From Proteobacteria bacterium SG_bin7 (GTDB lineage: Bacteria > Bdellovibrionota > Bdellovibrionia > Bdellovibrionales > SG-bin7): a DNA stretch of 64,000 bases. The stretch lies in assembly GCA_002083485.1 (NCBI GenBank), contig LWDK01000044.1, forward strand, positions 12,613 to 76,612, given 5' to 3'. The notes beneath the pieces were generated by a model. That model made no database searches. It was not told the origin of the DNA and was given only the letters and a program-made list of their open reading frames with translations. A program made the translations under genes and the position numbers. Shown here piece by piece: positions 18,826-27,944 of this stretch (its first letter is position 1; every line of letters begins with the position of its first letter).

Positions 18826-18903
18826 TTAATACGATTGGAAATTATGATTCAGTGCGTGTATCTTGTCATTGTTGCAGCGATAGGCATTTAAATTATTTTT
18901 CAT
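18826..18903 (-). CDS. Candidate 25-aa mini-ORF (MKNNLNAYRCNNDKIHALNHNFQSY)
   Basis: Hand-translated. The ATG is preceded by AAAGGAG with a 4-nt spacer, directly after a long hairpin. There is no other support. Confidence 0.2.
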   Translation of the reverse strand: MKNNLNAYRCNNDKIHALNHNFQSY

Positions 18904-18915
18904 GATCTCCTTTAA

Positions 18916-18967
18916 CGAACGAAGCCGGCGCGCAACTCATGGGGGGTACGCGCCCCGGTTTCGTTCG
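18916..18967. terminator. Long GC-rich hairpin downstream of the prolyl oligopeptidase gene (probable terminator, possibly bidirectional)
   Basis: CGAACGAA-GCCGGCGCG ... CGCGCCCCGG-TTTCGTTCG. The outer 8 bp are perfectly complementary and the inner GC stem has a bulge. On the plus strand it is followed by GTTTTCTC; on the minus strand it is followed directly by an SD. Confidence 0.5.
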
Positions 18968-18992
18968 GTTTTCTCAAAACGAGAAGAAGACC

Positions 18993-21056
18993 TTAGTCCC
19001 TACCTAAAAAATACTCTAAGAAAGTAAACGACAAAGCCGTCATTTTTGCTTGCTGAATATTGTCCGCACTTCCGCCATGACCACCTTCGACATTTTCGTA
19101 AAGGTAAACGTCTTGACCCGCTGACAACATTTTGGCAGTCATTTTACGCGCATGCCCCGGATGAACGCGATCATCGCGGGTCGAGGTTTGGAAGAAGATA
19201 TAAGGGTATTTCACATCCTGACGAATGTTTTGATAGGGCGAATACTTCTCAATAACTTTCCGCATTTTTTCATCGGCGGGATCTCCATACTCACCTATCC
19301 AGCTTGCGCCAGGGGGCAATTGTGTATAACGAATCATATCTAAAAGGGGCACTTTACAAATCACAGCTTTAAATAAATCTGGTCTTTGCATAGCCACTGT
19401 GCCAACGAGTAATCCGCCGTTGCTACCACCCTCGATCGCAATATATTTGGGGCCTGTAATTTGTCTCTTTACCAAATCCTCACCGACAGCAATAAAATCA
19501 TCATAGGCAACCTGCCTCTTTTCTTTCAGAGCTGCCAAATGCCAGGCGGGACCAAACTCACCGCCTCCACGAATATTCGCTACGACATAAACTCCGCCAC
19601 GCTCAAGCCAAGCCTTTCCCACCACAGGGTTGTAATAGGGGGTTAGAGAAATTTTAAAACCACCATAACCGTAAAGCAATGTGGGGTTACTTCCATTTAA
19701 TTTATAATTTTTTGCGTGCACGATTGTATATGGAATTTTTGTTCCATCTTTACTAGTCGCCCAAAGCTGTTCTTCTACTAAGTCATTTGAATCAAAGAGT
19801 GGTGGCAACTGACGTAGCACCTGCACTTTACTTTTGCCCGCCAAGTACAATGTCGTTGGCGTGAGGTAACTGCCGTACCTTACTATGACTTCACTCTCCG
19901 TTTCGGCAACAAAGTCTAGCTCGGAGTGACCTTCTTCCGGTAAGTTGACCTGATACACGTCCCAATTTTTTTGACCACGAGTTAGACGCAAAATTTTTCC
20001 ACGAACATTATCTAAGACCCCAACATAGATCGCATCTTTAGATATGTTAAACCTTTCAATCACGCGCTTCTCAGTCGGAGCGATGACCAAACTGTACCGT
20101 GGTTTCTGTTTGCCAAGAACACTTCGCAAATCCACTGAAACCACTGAACCAGCAACATATTTGTTCCAGTCACTGCCGAGCTTGAAGAATAATTCTCCGT
20201 CCATTACTCCGCCGCCTTCAGAATCAAGAGGAATCGGAATCGGTAACAATTTTCCAGATTCGTCCACAACAAATGATTCGGAGGTATAAAAATCTATTGC
20301 TCTGCCGACAACGACGTACTTCTTGTTGTTGACCTCGATACTCATGGAGTAAACGGAAACATCAGTCACTTGACCTTCGTAAGTTGCGGCGACCTTTTTT
20401 AAATCTTCGCCGCGCTTCCATATCTTAACTGTGCGTGGGTATCCTGACGTGGTACGCGCATTCTCCTCAAGATCGTAGTCGACAAGCAAAGTATTTTCAT
20501 CGTGCCAAACTACGTTCGTTTTACTTTCTGAAATAAAGAAACCATTTTTTTTAAATTCCTTCTTTACTAAGCTAAATTCGCGCTTAACATTCGCGTCCTT
20601 TCCGCCACGCGATAAACTCACAATACAGTGGTCAGACGATTTTTTATGGCAATTCATGCCGCCATAAACCCAACTCTCATTTTCGGCCCTACCAAGTGCA
20701 TCTATATCTAAAACGGTCTCCCAGTTTTTTGATTTATTTTTATAATCTTCAATTTTCATGCGGCGATAAAGGCCACGAATATGTTCCGCGTCCGTATAAA
20801 GATTATAAATATATCCGTCACGAATACTCACGTCTGGAATTTTATCGGGGTTGTTTAAGACGTTCAGTGTTTCATCATAGGTTCTCTTGAAAACTTGTCT
20901 GTTTTCTAAAAGATCAAGCGAGCGTTGATTTTGTTCCTGTACCCAAGTTAATGCCTCCTTTTCTTGGACTTGTTCCAGCCAAAGAAATGGGTCAACCTCG
21001 TCACCCCGGACAACAAACGCAAAGCCTAAAGAAATTAAGAGTGTTTTTGAACGCAT
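18993..21056 (-). CDS. Prolyl oligopeptidase family serine peptidase (S9A), exported
   Basis: Signal peptide, beta-propeller-sized N-terminal region and catalytic Ser motif EGGSNGGLLVG. Asp/His region near the C-terminus (DDRVHPGHARK). Confidence 0.85.
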   Translation of the reverse strand: MRSKTLLISLGFAFVVRGDEVDPFLWLEQVQEKEALTWVQEQNQRSLDLLENRQVFKRTYDETLNVLNNPDKIPDVSIRDGYIYNLYTDAEHIRGLYRRMKIEDYKNKSKNWETVLDIDALGRAENESWVYGGMNCHKKSSDHCIVSLSRGGKDANVKREFSLVKKEFKKNGFFISESKTNVVWHDENTLLVDYDLEENARTTSGYPRTVKIWKRGEDLKKVAATYEGQVTDVSVYSMSIEVNNKKYVVVGRAIDFYTSESFVVDESGKLLPIPIPLDSEGGGVMDGELFFKLGSDWNKYVAGSVVSVDLRSVLGKQKPRYSLVIAPTEKRVIERFNISKDAIYVGVLDNVRGKILRLTRGQKNWDVYQVNLPEEGHSELDFVAETESEVIVRYGSYLTPTTLYLAGKSKVQVLRQLPPLFDSNDLVEEQLWATSKDGTKIPYTIVHAKNYKLNGSNPTLLYGYGGFKISLTPYYNPVVGKAWLERGGVYVVANIRGGGEFGPAWHLAALKEKRQVAYDDFIAVGEDLVKRQITGPKYIAIEGGSNGGLLVGTVAMQRPDLFKAVICKVPLLDMIRYTQLPPGASWIGEYGDPADEKMRKVIEKYSPYQNIRQDVKYPYIFFQTSTRDDRVHPGHARKMTAKMLSAGQDVYLYENVEGGHGGSADNIQQAKMTALSFTFLEYFLGRD

Positions 21057-21266
21057 TTTCTCTCCTTAGTAAAAAATTTTTATATTACGGAGAAAAAATC
21101 CAGTCCATCGATTTTGATGAGAATGAAAACAATGTAGTATCCAGACACTTTTTGTCTTATTTGATTTATCTGACCCGATATATTCGTAACAAAAATTTAT
21201 AGTACGGAAAAAAGCTTTAGTCCAAAGAATTGACGCACCATGGACTGGAAAAAGTCTCAGGCACCT

Positions 21267-21275
21267 TGGTATAAC
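21267..21275 (+). promoter_or_regulatory. Extended -10 element TGgTATAAC; predicted start site would fall at or next to the HAD ATG (leaderless-type)
   Basis: TGGTATAAC ends 7 nt before the ATG at 21283. No SD is present in the intervening cagacaat. Confidence 0.3.
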
Positions 21276-21282
21276 AGACAAT

Positions 21283-22032
21283 ATGACCAAACATCTACAG
21301 TCTGTCGATCACATTTACGATGCCCTCTTAAATGAAATCAAGGAACATAAAACCAAAGGCGAAAATGTCATGGCAGTTTTTGATCTTGATTCTACTCTCA
21401 TCGAAGTCGGCCCGCGCATGACACAAATCCTACGTGACTTTGCCAAGGAAAAAAAACATCTAGGAAAGTATCCCAAAGAATGTCGAATACTCGAAAAATA
21501 CAACCATCACCCCGAAGATTGGGGCATTGAACACTGCATCGAACGCATTGGATTAGCCTCAAGCTCATTTGATTTTTTCAAAGACCTCACTCGCTATTGG
21601 CGTGGAAGGTTTTTTTCTAATGACTACCTTCAGTTTGACGAACCTCTACCTGGTGCCAACGAATTTTTACAGGAACTCCACAAGAACGGAGTACATATTT
21701 CTTATCTAACGGCACGTGAGTCTAAAGCTATGCTTGAAGGAACAGTCCAATCCCTAAAAAAACATGGTTTTCCCTTAGAAGAGAAAAATGAAAACCTCTT
21801 TTTAAAAGAAAAAATGGAAAAGCCAGATCCAGAATTTAAACGCGATATCTTAAAAGACATGGTTAATAATTATGGAAGCGTCTGGTTTTTTGAGAACGAA
21901 CCTATCAATCTTCGCGTTGTTCGCGAAACCTTACCACAAGTCCGCCTAGTCTATATTGACTCGGTTCACTCTGGTCGCGAAGCTCCACCTACGGAGCTTG
22001 CAGTAATTACTCATTTCCAGCGCCAGAAGTAA
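21283..22032 (+). CDS. HAD-superfamily hydrolase
   Basis: Motif I VFDLDSTLIE (DxD) and HAD-like later motifs (YLTARES; FFENEP). Confidence 0.7.
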   Translation: MTKHLQSVDHIYDALLNEIKEHKTKGENVMAVFDLDSTLIEVGPRMTQILRDFAKEKKHLGKYPKECRILEKYNHHPEDWGIEHCIERIGLASSSFDFFKDLTRYWRGRFFSNDYLQFDEPLPGANEFLQELHKNGVHISYLTARESKAMLEGTVQSLKKHGFPLEEKNENLFLKEKMEKPDPEFKRDILKDMVNNYGSVWFFENEPINLRVVRETLPQVRLVYIDSVHSGREAPPTELAVITHFQRQK

Positions 22033-24691
22033 TTGACTTTAGCGCTAGCTCACGAATTTTGACGCATCGATCATCTTCCTGATGAGCAACTAAAAACGCT
22101 TTTTTAACCGGATATTCAAGATTCCTTTCTTTTACGACGAAACCTTCAATACGCTCTCTACTTTCTTTCGTACATTGCCGTGGTATTAGATTTTCGGCAA
22201 AGTCCTCCACAAAATCTCGGTCACGAGCTCCATCTCTGTTAGCGACAACTTCAAAATATGTCTGGACATGCGGTTCAAATAATTCTTCTTGCCCCGGAAG
22301 ATTCAAATTTCGCATAATCGTTCTCATTTGGGCCATTGACATTTTCGACTTCGTTTTAGGTTCCAGTAATTTTGTGAGCCACTCAGTTTTTACAGTCGCA
22401 TCGGGAATAGCAGCTGCGCATCCAAGCGCATAACGTTGACCTCTTTCGGATTTGTCATGTTTTGATTCCTGAGCGATTAGACCTTTACAACTTGCGCTCC
22501 CCCTTCGGCACAATGTCCAAATCATTTGCCAACGCAAATCAGGATCGATTACTTTATTTATTTTTAGTTGCTCTTGCAAACTCAGAAGTCCGCCTGGTGA
22601 CTGGGCAACTTTAGCAGCCATGGTAAGCCAGAATTTATTTTCGTCGCTGCCTGGTTTGCTATTTTCAATTTGTTTTAAGAAATAGCCTTCAAAATAAACC
22701 ACCAGCTCATTCTTTTCCACCGATGCTGGCATATAGTAGAGGGCGCTACCTACTTCTGACCACCAACGGCCAACAAGATTTTCTAAAACCTTTTTAAGTA
22801 TCATTAAATCCTTTTCACTGCTAATTTGCGCCTTTACCGCCTGTGCATACTTTTGGATTGGCATTTTCTGATCAATAACCATATTCCATAAATTATTCCA
22901 AACCATTAAGCGCATAAGTGGATCATTTACTTGGCTCAAATTCTGAAATACAAACTCTAAGCTACGTGGATCAAAATAAGTTTTAAGATAAGCGTAGTCG
23001 TTATAATTAGGAAAAATCAGTTTCGGGCACTTCCTGCCAGCAAGCCCTTTTAACTCATACGAGCTGCCCTCCATTGTAACATCAATCACTTCACTAATTC
23101 GCAAATTTTTCCCCTCACCATCAAAAACTCCCACTTGAAATGCATGTGGGCGATAAGAAGAAGTCGCTGATTTTAAACTTAAAGTTGCTGTTCGTACTTT
23201 TTCATTTTCGCAATCTAAATTCACAGTCAAAGAATCAACACCAGCTTCCTGCAACCAAAGCTTCGTCCACGATTCCAAATTATGTCTCGTATGTTCCTGT
23301 AGGGAGTTGATAAAATCTGCTAGGGAAGCATTTTGGAATCCGTATTTCTTTATGTAGTTGCGCACGCCTTTTTGAAAGGCTCCTTTACCAATATAGTAAG
23401 AAAGCTGTTTTACGACGGAGGCGCCCTTACCGTAGGTGATGCCATCAAAAGTTCCACGCGCGTCAGACGTCGAAGTGACGGCTTTGGCTTCAATAGGATG
23501 GGTAGTCACCAACTGGTCTTCCCAATAAGCCCACTGTTTGTCGCTACCGAAGAAGTCACGCCAAATTTCCTTAAACTCAGTTGCTTCAAACTGAGCATGT
23601 GCTGCCATGTAGGTCGCAAAACTTTCGTTTAACCACAAATCATTCCACCACTTCATGGTAACGATATTACCAAACCACATATGCGCCATTTCGTGGAGAA
23701 TTACATTTGAAGCGTCCAATAACTGTTCCCGTGTTGGTTTTGATCGCGAAAAATACCTTTCGTTGAAGGTCACATTCGCAACATTTTCCATAGCCCCAGA
23801 AACTGCTTCGGGAACAACGGTCTGATCATATTTTCCAAACGGATATTCATAGTCGAAATATTTATTGTAGAAATTGAGACCTTGTTTTGTAATTTTAAAC
23901 CAAAACTCGTGATTCACATATTTTGCAAATGACTTACGTGCGAATAACCGCAATGGTAGCTTTCCGTGATGATCATTCCAAACCGTAAATGGTCCCGCTG
24001 CAAGAGAAAATAGATAAGTGCTGACTCGTGGTGAAGTCGCAAAACTCCATCGTTTCGTGCTCCCCTTATTTTTTTTCTTTTGTTCAGCCCCTGTGGAAAC
24101 AACCTTCCAATGGCTCGGAGCTGTGACCGCCAACGTCAACGTGGCCTTCAAATCTGGCTGGTCAAAGCAGGGAAAAAATCGATTCGCATGATAAGGTTCG
24201 AAGTGTGTATAAATATAGGTTTCGCCATCGGCGGGATCTCTGTAGCGATGGAGCCCTACACCGTCACTCGCGTAAGGATGTTGATAAGTGATCTCAACAA
24301 GATTGAGGCCTTTTACTAAAGTACTGCTCGACAAATAAATTCCTGTTCCATCGTAACGGTAATCAGTTATTGGAGTCTTATTAATTTTGATTTTTTCAAC
24401 AGTACCACCATCGAAATCGAAACGTAGCTCATTCGGAACCTCGCTTAAGCTAAATCCAGCTTTCAAAGTGCCAGAAAATTTTTCATCGCGGGAACCAACA
24501 CTAATGTCCAAATCATAGACGACTTCACTTAAGATTTTGCTGCGGGCTCGGGCCTCAGACAGAGTCAATTCATGTTTTATGGATTCTGAGGCAACGTCGG
24601 GAGTTAGGTTATTAATGGTTGGAAAGTTACCAGCAGTTGAACAACCTGCAACCCAAATAAGAATTAGGAATCCTAATACGCGAAGCTTCAT
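22007..24691 (-). CDS. pepN: Aminopeptidase N (M1 family), probable lipoprotein
   Basis: GAMEN motif (VSGAMENV) and zinc site HEMAHMWFGNIVTMKWWNDLWLNESFA (HExxH-18-E). I moved the start to MKLRVLGFLILIWVAGC (ATG at 24691) because GGAGG lies 4 nt upstream and a lipobox follows. Confidence 0.9.
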   Translation of the reverse strand: MKLRVLGFLILIWVAGCSTAGNFPTINNLTPDVASESIKHELTLSEARARSKILSEVVYDLDISVGSRDEKFSGTLKAGFSLSEVPNELRFDFDGGTVEKIKINKTPITDYRYDGTGIYLSSSTLVKGLNLVEITYQHPYASDGVGLHRYRDPADGETYIYTHFEPYHANRFFPCFDQPDLKATLTLAVTAPSHWKVVSTGAEQKKKNKGSTKRWSFATSPRVSTYLFSLAAGPFTVWNDHHGKLPLRLFARKSFAKYVNHEFWFKITKQGLNFYNKYFDYEYPFGKYDQTVVPEAVSGAMENVANVTFNERYFSRSKPTREQLLDASNVILHEMAHMWFGNIVTMKWWNDLWLNESFATYMAAHAQFEATEFKEIWRDFFGSDKQWAYWEDQLVTTHPIEAKAVTSTSDARGTFDGITYGKGASVVKQLSYYIGKGAFQKGVRNYIKKYGFQNASLADFINSLQEHTRHNLESWTKLWLQEAGVDSLTVNLDCENEKVRTATLSLKSATSSYRPHAFQVGVFDGEGKNLRISEVIDVTMEGSSYELKGLAGRKCPKLIFPNYNDYAYLKTYFDPRSLEFVFQNLSQVNDPLMRLMVWNNLWNMVIDQKMPIQKYAQAVKAQISSEKDLMILKKVLENLVGRWWSEVGSALYYMPASVEKNELVVYFEGYFLKQIENSKPGSDENKFWLTMAAKVAQSPGGLLSLQEQLKINKVIDPDLRWQMIWTLCRRGSASCKGLIAQESKHDKSERGQRYALGCAAAIPDATVKTEWLTKLLEPKTKSKMSMAQMRTIMRNLNLPGQEELFEPHVQTYFEVVANRDGARDRDFVEDFAENLIPRQCTKESRERIEGFVVKERNLEYPVKKAFLVAHQEDDRCVKIRELALKSITSGAGNE

Positions 24692-24714
24692 ATGACCTCC
24701 AAAAATCATTCGAA

Positions 24715-24744
24715 TTGACATCATAGCGACTCATTTTCTAAGTT
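24715..24744 (+). promoter_or_regulatory. Candidate sigma-70 promoter for the yfbR-like gene (TTGACA-18-TAAGTT), very short leader
   Basis: Perfect -35 TTGACA at 24715-24720, an 18-nt spacer and TAAGTT at 24739-24744. The ATG at 24754 has no SD. Confidence 0.4.
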
Positions 24745-24753
24745 ACAAACAAG

Positions 24754-25344
24754 ATGAGCCATTTTTTTGCCTACCTATCGCGCATGAAACACATTCAACG
24801 TTGGGGGCTCATGCATTGCACCCATAAAGAAAATGTCCAAGAGCACAGTCTACAAGTTGCGGTTATTGCCCACTCACTGGCCCTGATAAAGAATAAATAT
24901 TTTGGCGGTACAGTGAATCCCGAGCGCGTCGCTCTTCTAGGAGTTTTTCATGATGCCACGGAGGTAATTACGGGTGATTTGCCGACACCAGTCAAATATT
25001 TCAGTTCTGATATTAAACAGGCCTATAAGAATATTGAAAAGTTTGCAGCTGATCGCCTGCTCGAACTGATTCCGAAAGAATTTCAAGAGGAGTACAAGAC
25101 ACTTCTCTATAGCCAAGATAATTCCGAACACTTGGCCCTCGTCAAGGCAGCAGATGCGATCTCAGCATATATTAAATGTTGTGAGGAGCAAGCAACAGGC
25201 AACGCTGAGTTTGGGAGAGCGAAAAGAGCAATTGAGGAAAAAATTAAATCTACGGCAAGTCCTGAAGTAAAATACTTTATGCAGCACTTTGTACCGAGCT
25301 TTTCGCTTTCACTTGATGAAATCAGCGCCCCGCTAAATATTTAG
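24754..25344 (+). CDS. yfbR: 5'-deoxynucleotidase, YfbR-like HD-domain phosphohydrolase
   Basis: SHFFAYLSRMKHIQRWGLM...ENVQEHSLQVAVIAHSLA...FHDATEVITGDLPTPVKYF is near-colinear with E. coli YfbR as I remember it. Confidence 0.85.
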   Translation: MSHFFAYLSRMKHIQRWGLMHCTHKENVQEHSLQVAVIAHSLALIKNKYFGGTVNPERVALLGVFHDATEVITGDLPTPVKYFSSDIKQAYKNIEKFAADRLLELIPKEFQEEYKTLLYSQDNSEHLALVKAADAISAYIKCCEEQATGNAEFGRAKRAIEEKIKSTASPEVKYFMQHFVPSFSLSLDEISAPLNI

Positions 25345-25727
25345 CTTTTACACTTCTGCATGGTTTGAGGGTCAAAATAATCGCCAACCCCGCCGATGTT
25401 CTCAAGATTCGTAAAACCCCGTTTTTCTAAAATGGCGATGACTTTTCTGGAGCGATTTCCAGAACGACAATAAACTATAATTTTTTTTGACTTGTCGTTA
25501 CCAACTAAAGCCGAGACCCGAGCGATTGCGCTATCAGGAGCGTTCACAAATTCATCAATTGAAATAAGATTGGCACCCTTGACATAGCCATTACAGGCTT
25601 CTTGGCGAACGTCAATTACAGGAGTTCCTTCTGAAATTGCCGTTCGAGCTAATTCAACAGTAGCCTTCTCGTTAGCTCCCGCATGCGTAGAAAAAAACAA
25701 AAACAAAGAAAAAATAAATTTTTTCAC
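25341..25727 (-). CDS. Rhodanese-like domain protein (exported)
   Basis: Signal peptide and active-site loop VYCRSGNRS. Confidence 0.8.
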   Translation of the reverse strand: MKKFIFSLFLFFSTHAGANEKATVELARTAISEGTPVIDVRQEACNGYVKGANLISIDEFVNAPDSAIARVSALVGNDKSKKIIVYCRSGNRSRKVIAILEKRGFTNLENIGGVGDYFDPQTMQKCKS

Positions 25728-25736
25728 GAGTGCCCC

Positions 25737-26435
25737 TTAAAAAAGAAAGCTCGCCAAAATCGAAAACGAGCTCATTTTAACTTCACCATTTTTGACGTTA
25801 ACATTTTTGTTCGTCAAGAGACCTGTCAACAAAAAGCGTGTTTCGGGGCTTATTGGCCAAGAATAACCACCACCAAGGTCAATTCCGCCCCCACGTGCAG
25901 AACCCATTGTAGTTGAAATGCTGCCATCGCTCAAAGTTTCAGTGGCTGATGCAATTCCAACATCACCGCGCAAAAACCATCCGTCGCCAATATTGGCACC
26001 AAGAAAATGTTGGATACTGTAGGCTAACAAACTTTGTGAAAGACTATAACTTGACCCAGTACCATAAGTATAGGAATCACCTTGGCTACAAACTATTATC
26101 CCATGTATCGTGTGATGCGAACTCCACGGCCAATAAAATCCTAAAATGTCGACAGCTACCTGGGTGCGCGGACCCGCGGTGAAAACCGAACTTAATTGAG
26201 GTTCGTACTTGTTGCTAGAAAGCCCTACGCCCCACTGTGTATACCAAGTTTCGTTCTTTGAGGGCAACTGCGCATCCAGTTGCTCGTACACGGCAGTTTT
26301 CTCGGGCGCCTCCGGTTTTTTTATTTCTTTTTCTTCTGACACTGTCTTTGCCTTTTCCCAAGTTTGTTCCTGTGCGAAAACACTTACAGAAAAAACCAAA
26401 ATAAAAATAAGTGTAGATGTAGAAGAAAGTTTCAT
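25737..26435 (-). CDS. Exported protein, probable small OM beta-barrel
   Basis: Signal peptide ...SVSVFA|QE, a G/S/T/Y-rich strand pattern and C-terminal ...ILASFLF. Confidence 0.5.
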   Translation of the reverse strand: MKLSSTSTLIFILVFSVSVFAQEQTWEKAKTVSEEKEIKKPEAPEKTAVYEQLDAQLPSKNETWYTQWGVGLSSNKYEPQLSSVFTAGPRTQVAVDILGFYWPWSSHHTIHGIIVCSQGDSYTYGTGSSYSLSQSLLAYSIQHFLGANIGDGWFLRGDVGIASATETLSDGSISTTMGSARGGGIDLGGGYSWPISPETRFLLTGLLTNKNVNVKNGEVKMSSFSILASFLF

Positions 26436-26476
26436 TTTTAGACTCTCCCAGTGATAAAGGAAAGTCTAAAGTCTAC

Positions 26477-26689
26477 TTAAATTCCTTTACGAGTCAACGC
26501 ACTGACTTCTTTGTTCTTGCGGCCCTGGCGCAAATCGCTCTTCACGACCTCACTCATTATTTTTTCCTCCAGGCCATTCCAGTATTCTTCCTCGACAGGA
26601 AGGCCTTCGTTTTTAGATAGTTTTACGGCAAGTTGCCACTGCCACTCCCAATTATCGAGCTCATTTGATGAATCATTACCTAGACTCAT
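26477..26689 (-). CDS. Small Trp/acidic-rich protein translationally coupled to the ECF sigma factor (candidate anti-sigma)
   Basis: ATGA overlap with the sigma gene stop. 70 aa with no TM segment and no HxxxCxxC motif. The call rests on position only. Confidence 0.35.
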   Translation of the reverse strand: MSLGNDSSNELDNWEWQWQLAVKLSKNEGLPVEEEYWNGLEEKIMSEVVKSDLRQGRKNKEVSALTRKGI

Positions 26690-27351
26690 TGTTCTATCCC
26701 TTCTGTGTGGCTCACGAATCCAAGGCTCGAGACCACATCTTTTCTATTAAATAAAGTTAATAAATTCTTATCCGAAATCCTACTCTTCAATTTTATTAAA
26801 GCATGACGATAATTGGCCTTTGCTGTGTCGTAGGGGCATTCCATAATCTGAGCAACTTCCTTGAAACTCAGATCTTCATACACCCGCAACACCAACGCCA
26901 TCTTCTGTCTTTCGGGAAGCTCATCAATTGCTTGATTCAAAGCCTCTTTTAAGTCCACGCCCTCTAAATCGCTCTCAGCTTCTGGCGAAACTGCGATATT
27001 AACTTTGCTAATATCGAGAGCTTCATGCCTTTTTCCCCGCAATTTATTTTTTGCAGTGTTAATTGAAATTTGAAACAACCAACTTTTAAAGGCGGCTCTT
27101 CCTTCGAAGAGATGTAGCTTCTGATATGTTTTCAAGAAAGTTTCTTGCACTACATCCTCCGCGGTTTCAAGATCTCGCACAATTCGCAAGGCCATCCGCA
27201 GAACCGATTTTTGGTATTTACGCACCAAAATCGAAAAAGCGGCTCGATCACCTTGGCGAATCCGAGCTATGATCGTTAAGTCTGAAGCGTTTTCTTCAGA
27301 ACCGATGCTTAGACCCGACTTGTCCTTAGTCGGGTTAATATCTCTTTTCAT
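26686..27351 (-). CDS. ECF-type RNA polymerase sigma-70 family factor
   Basis: Region 2 (FSILVRKYQKSVLRMALRIVRDLETAEDVVQETFLKTY) and region 4 HTH (ELPERQKMALVLRVYEDLSFKEVAQIMECPYDTAKANYRHALIKLK). Confidence 0.85.
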   Translation of the reverse strand: MKRDINPTKDKSGLSIGSEENASDLTIIARIRQGDRAAFSILVRKYQKSVLRMALRIVRDLETAEDVVQETFLKTYQKLHLFEGRAAFKSWLFQISINTAKNKLRGKRHEALDISKVNIAVSPEAESDLEGVDLKEALNQAIDELPERQKMALVLRVYEDLSFKEVAQIMECPYDTAKANYRHALIKLKSRISDKNLLTLFNRKDVVSSLGFVSHTEGIEQ

Positions 27352-27561
27352 AACTTCCTCCGCACCTAAAAGTGGTTAATAATGTTGAGGAATTTCGTGT
27401 TGTGCTTCACTGCTGAGGCCTAGGGACTTCATGTCCCCGGGGCATCCCTCTGCGCGTAGTTATTTCAAATGATATGCCTGAAAAAAATGCACCACTTGAA
27501 CGCCAGCTACAATACAAAGTGCCTGACACTCTTTTCCGTCTACATCGTGTCAATATGGTTT

Positions 27562-27837
27562 CTATTCGCCCCACCTTAAAGTGCCTGAGACTTTTTCCAG
27601 TCCATAGCGCGTTATTGCAGCCCGCCCTACTTCCTTTACATGTCTGAAATCGAGAGTCACAATCTTGTATTTCTCAAGTCCGCCAGTAAGTGCTTGGATT
27701 GAGAGCGGGAAACTAGCCTGTTTTGGTTTTAAGGTGACGTAGACATCACCGCGATCAAATTCATAATCATCGTGGGTATATTCGCGAAACAAGTCCTTTA
27801 AAATTTTTCGGGACCTGACTTTTAATTTCAAACTCAA
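27562..27837 (-). CDS. Hypothetical 91-aa protein
   Basis: ORF only. It has a TTG start with no visible SD and no recognisable motif. Confidence 0.3.
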   Translation of the reverse strand: MSLKLKVRSRKILKDLFREYTHDDYEFDRGDVYVTLKPKQASFPLSIQALTGGLEKYKIVTLDFRHVKEVGRAAITRYGLEKVSGTLRWGE

Positions 27838-27944
27838 TTCGTTAGGTAATTGTAAACATCTAAAATTAAATTTTTAGGAGTTTACAGTTGAGTTTTACTA
27901 ATGGGCTGTATTTTTACCGGGCCCAGAACTGGCAAACTTTCTAA

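Noticed and set aside
18654-18992. c-di-GMP (GEMM-I, merRNA-like) riboswitch in the long gap next to the PilZ gene
   Set aside because: I could not find the conserved GCACAGGGCAAACC / ACGCAAAGCC / GGGGUUACC-type blocks on either strand. This needs an Infernal scan to be definitive.
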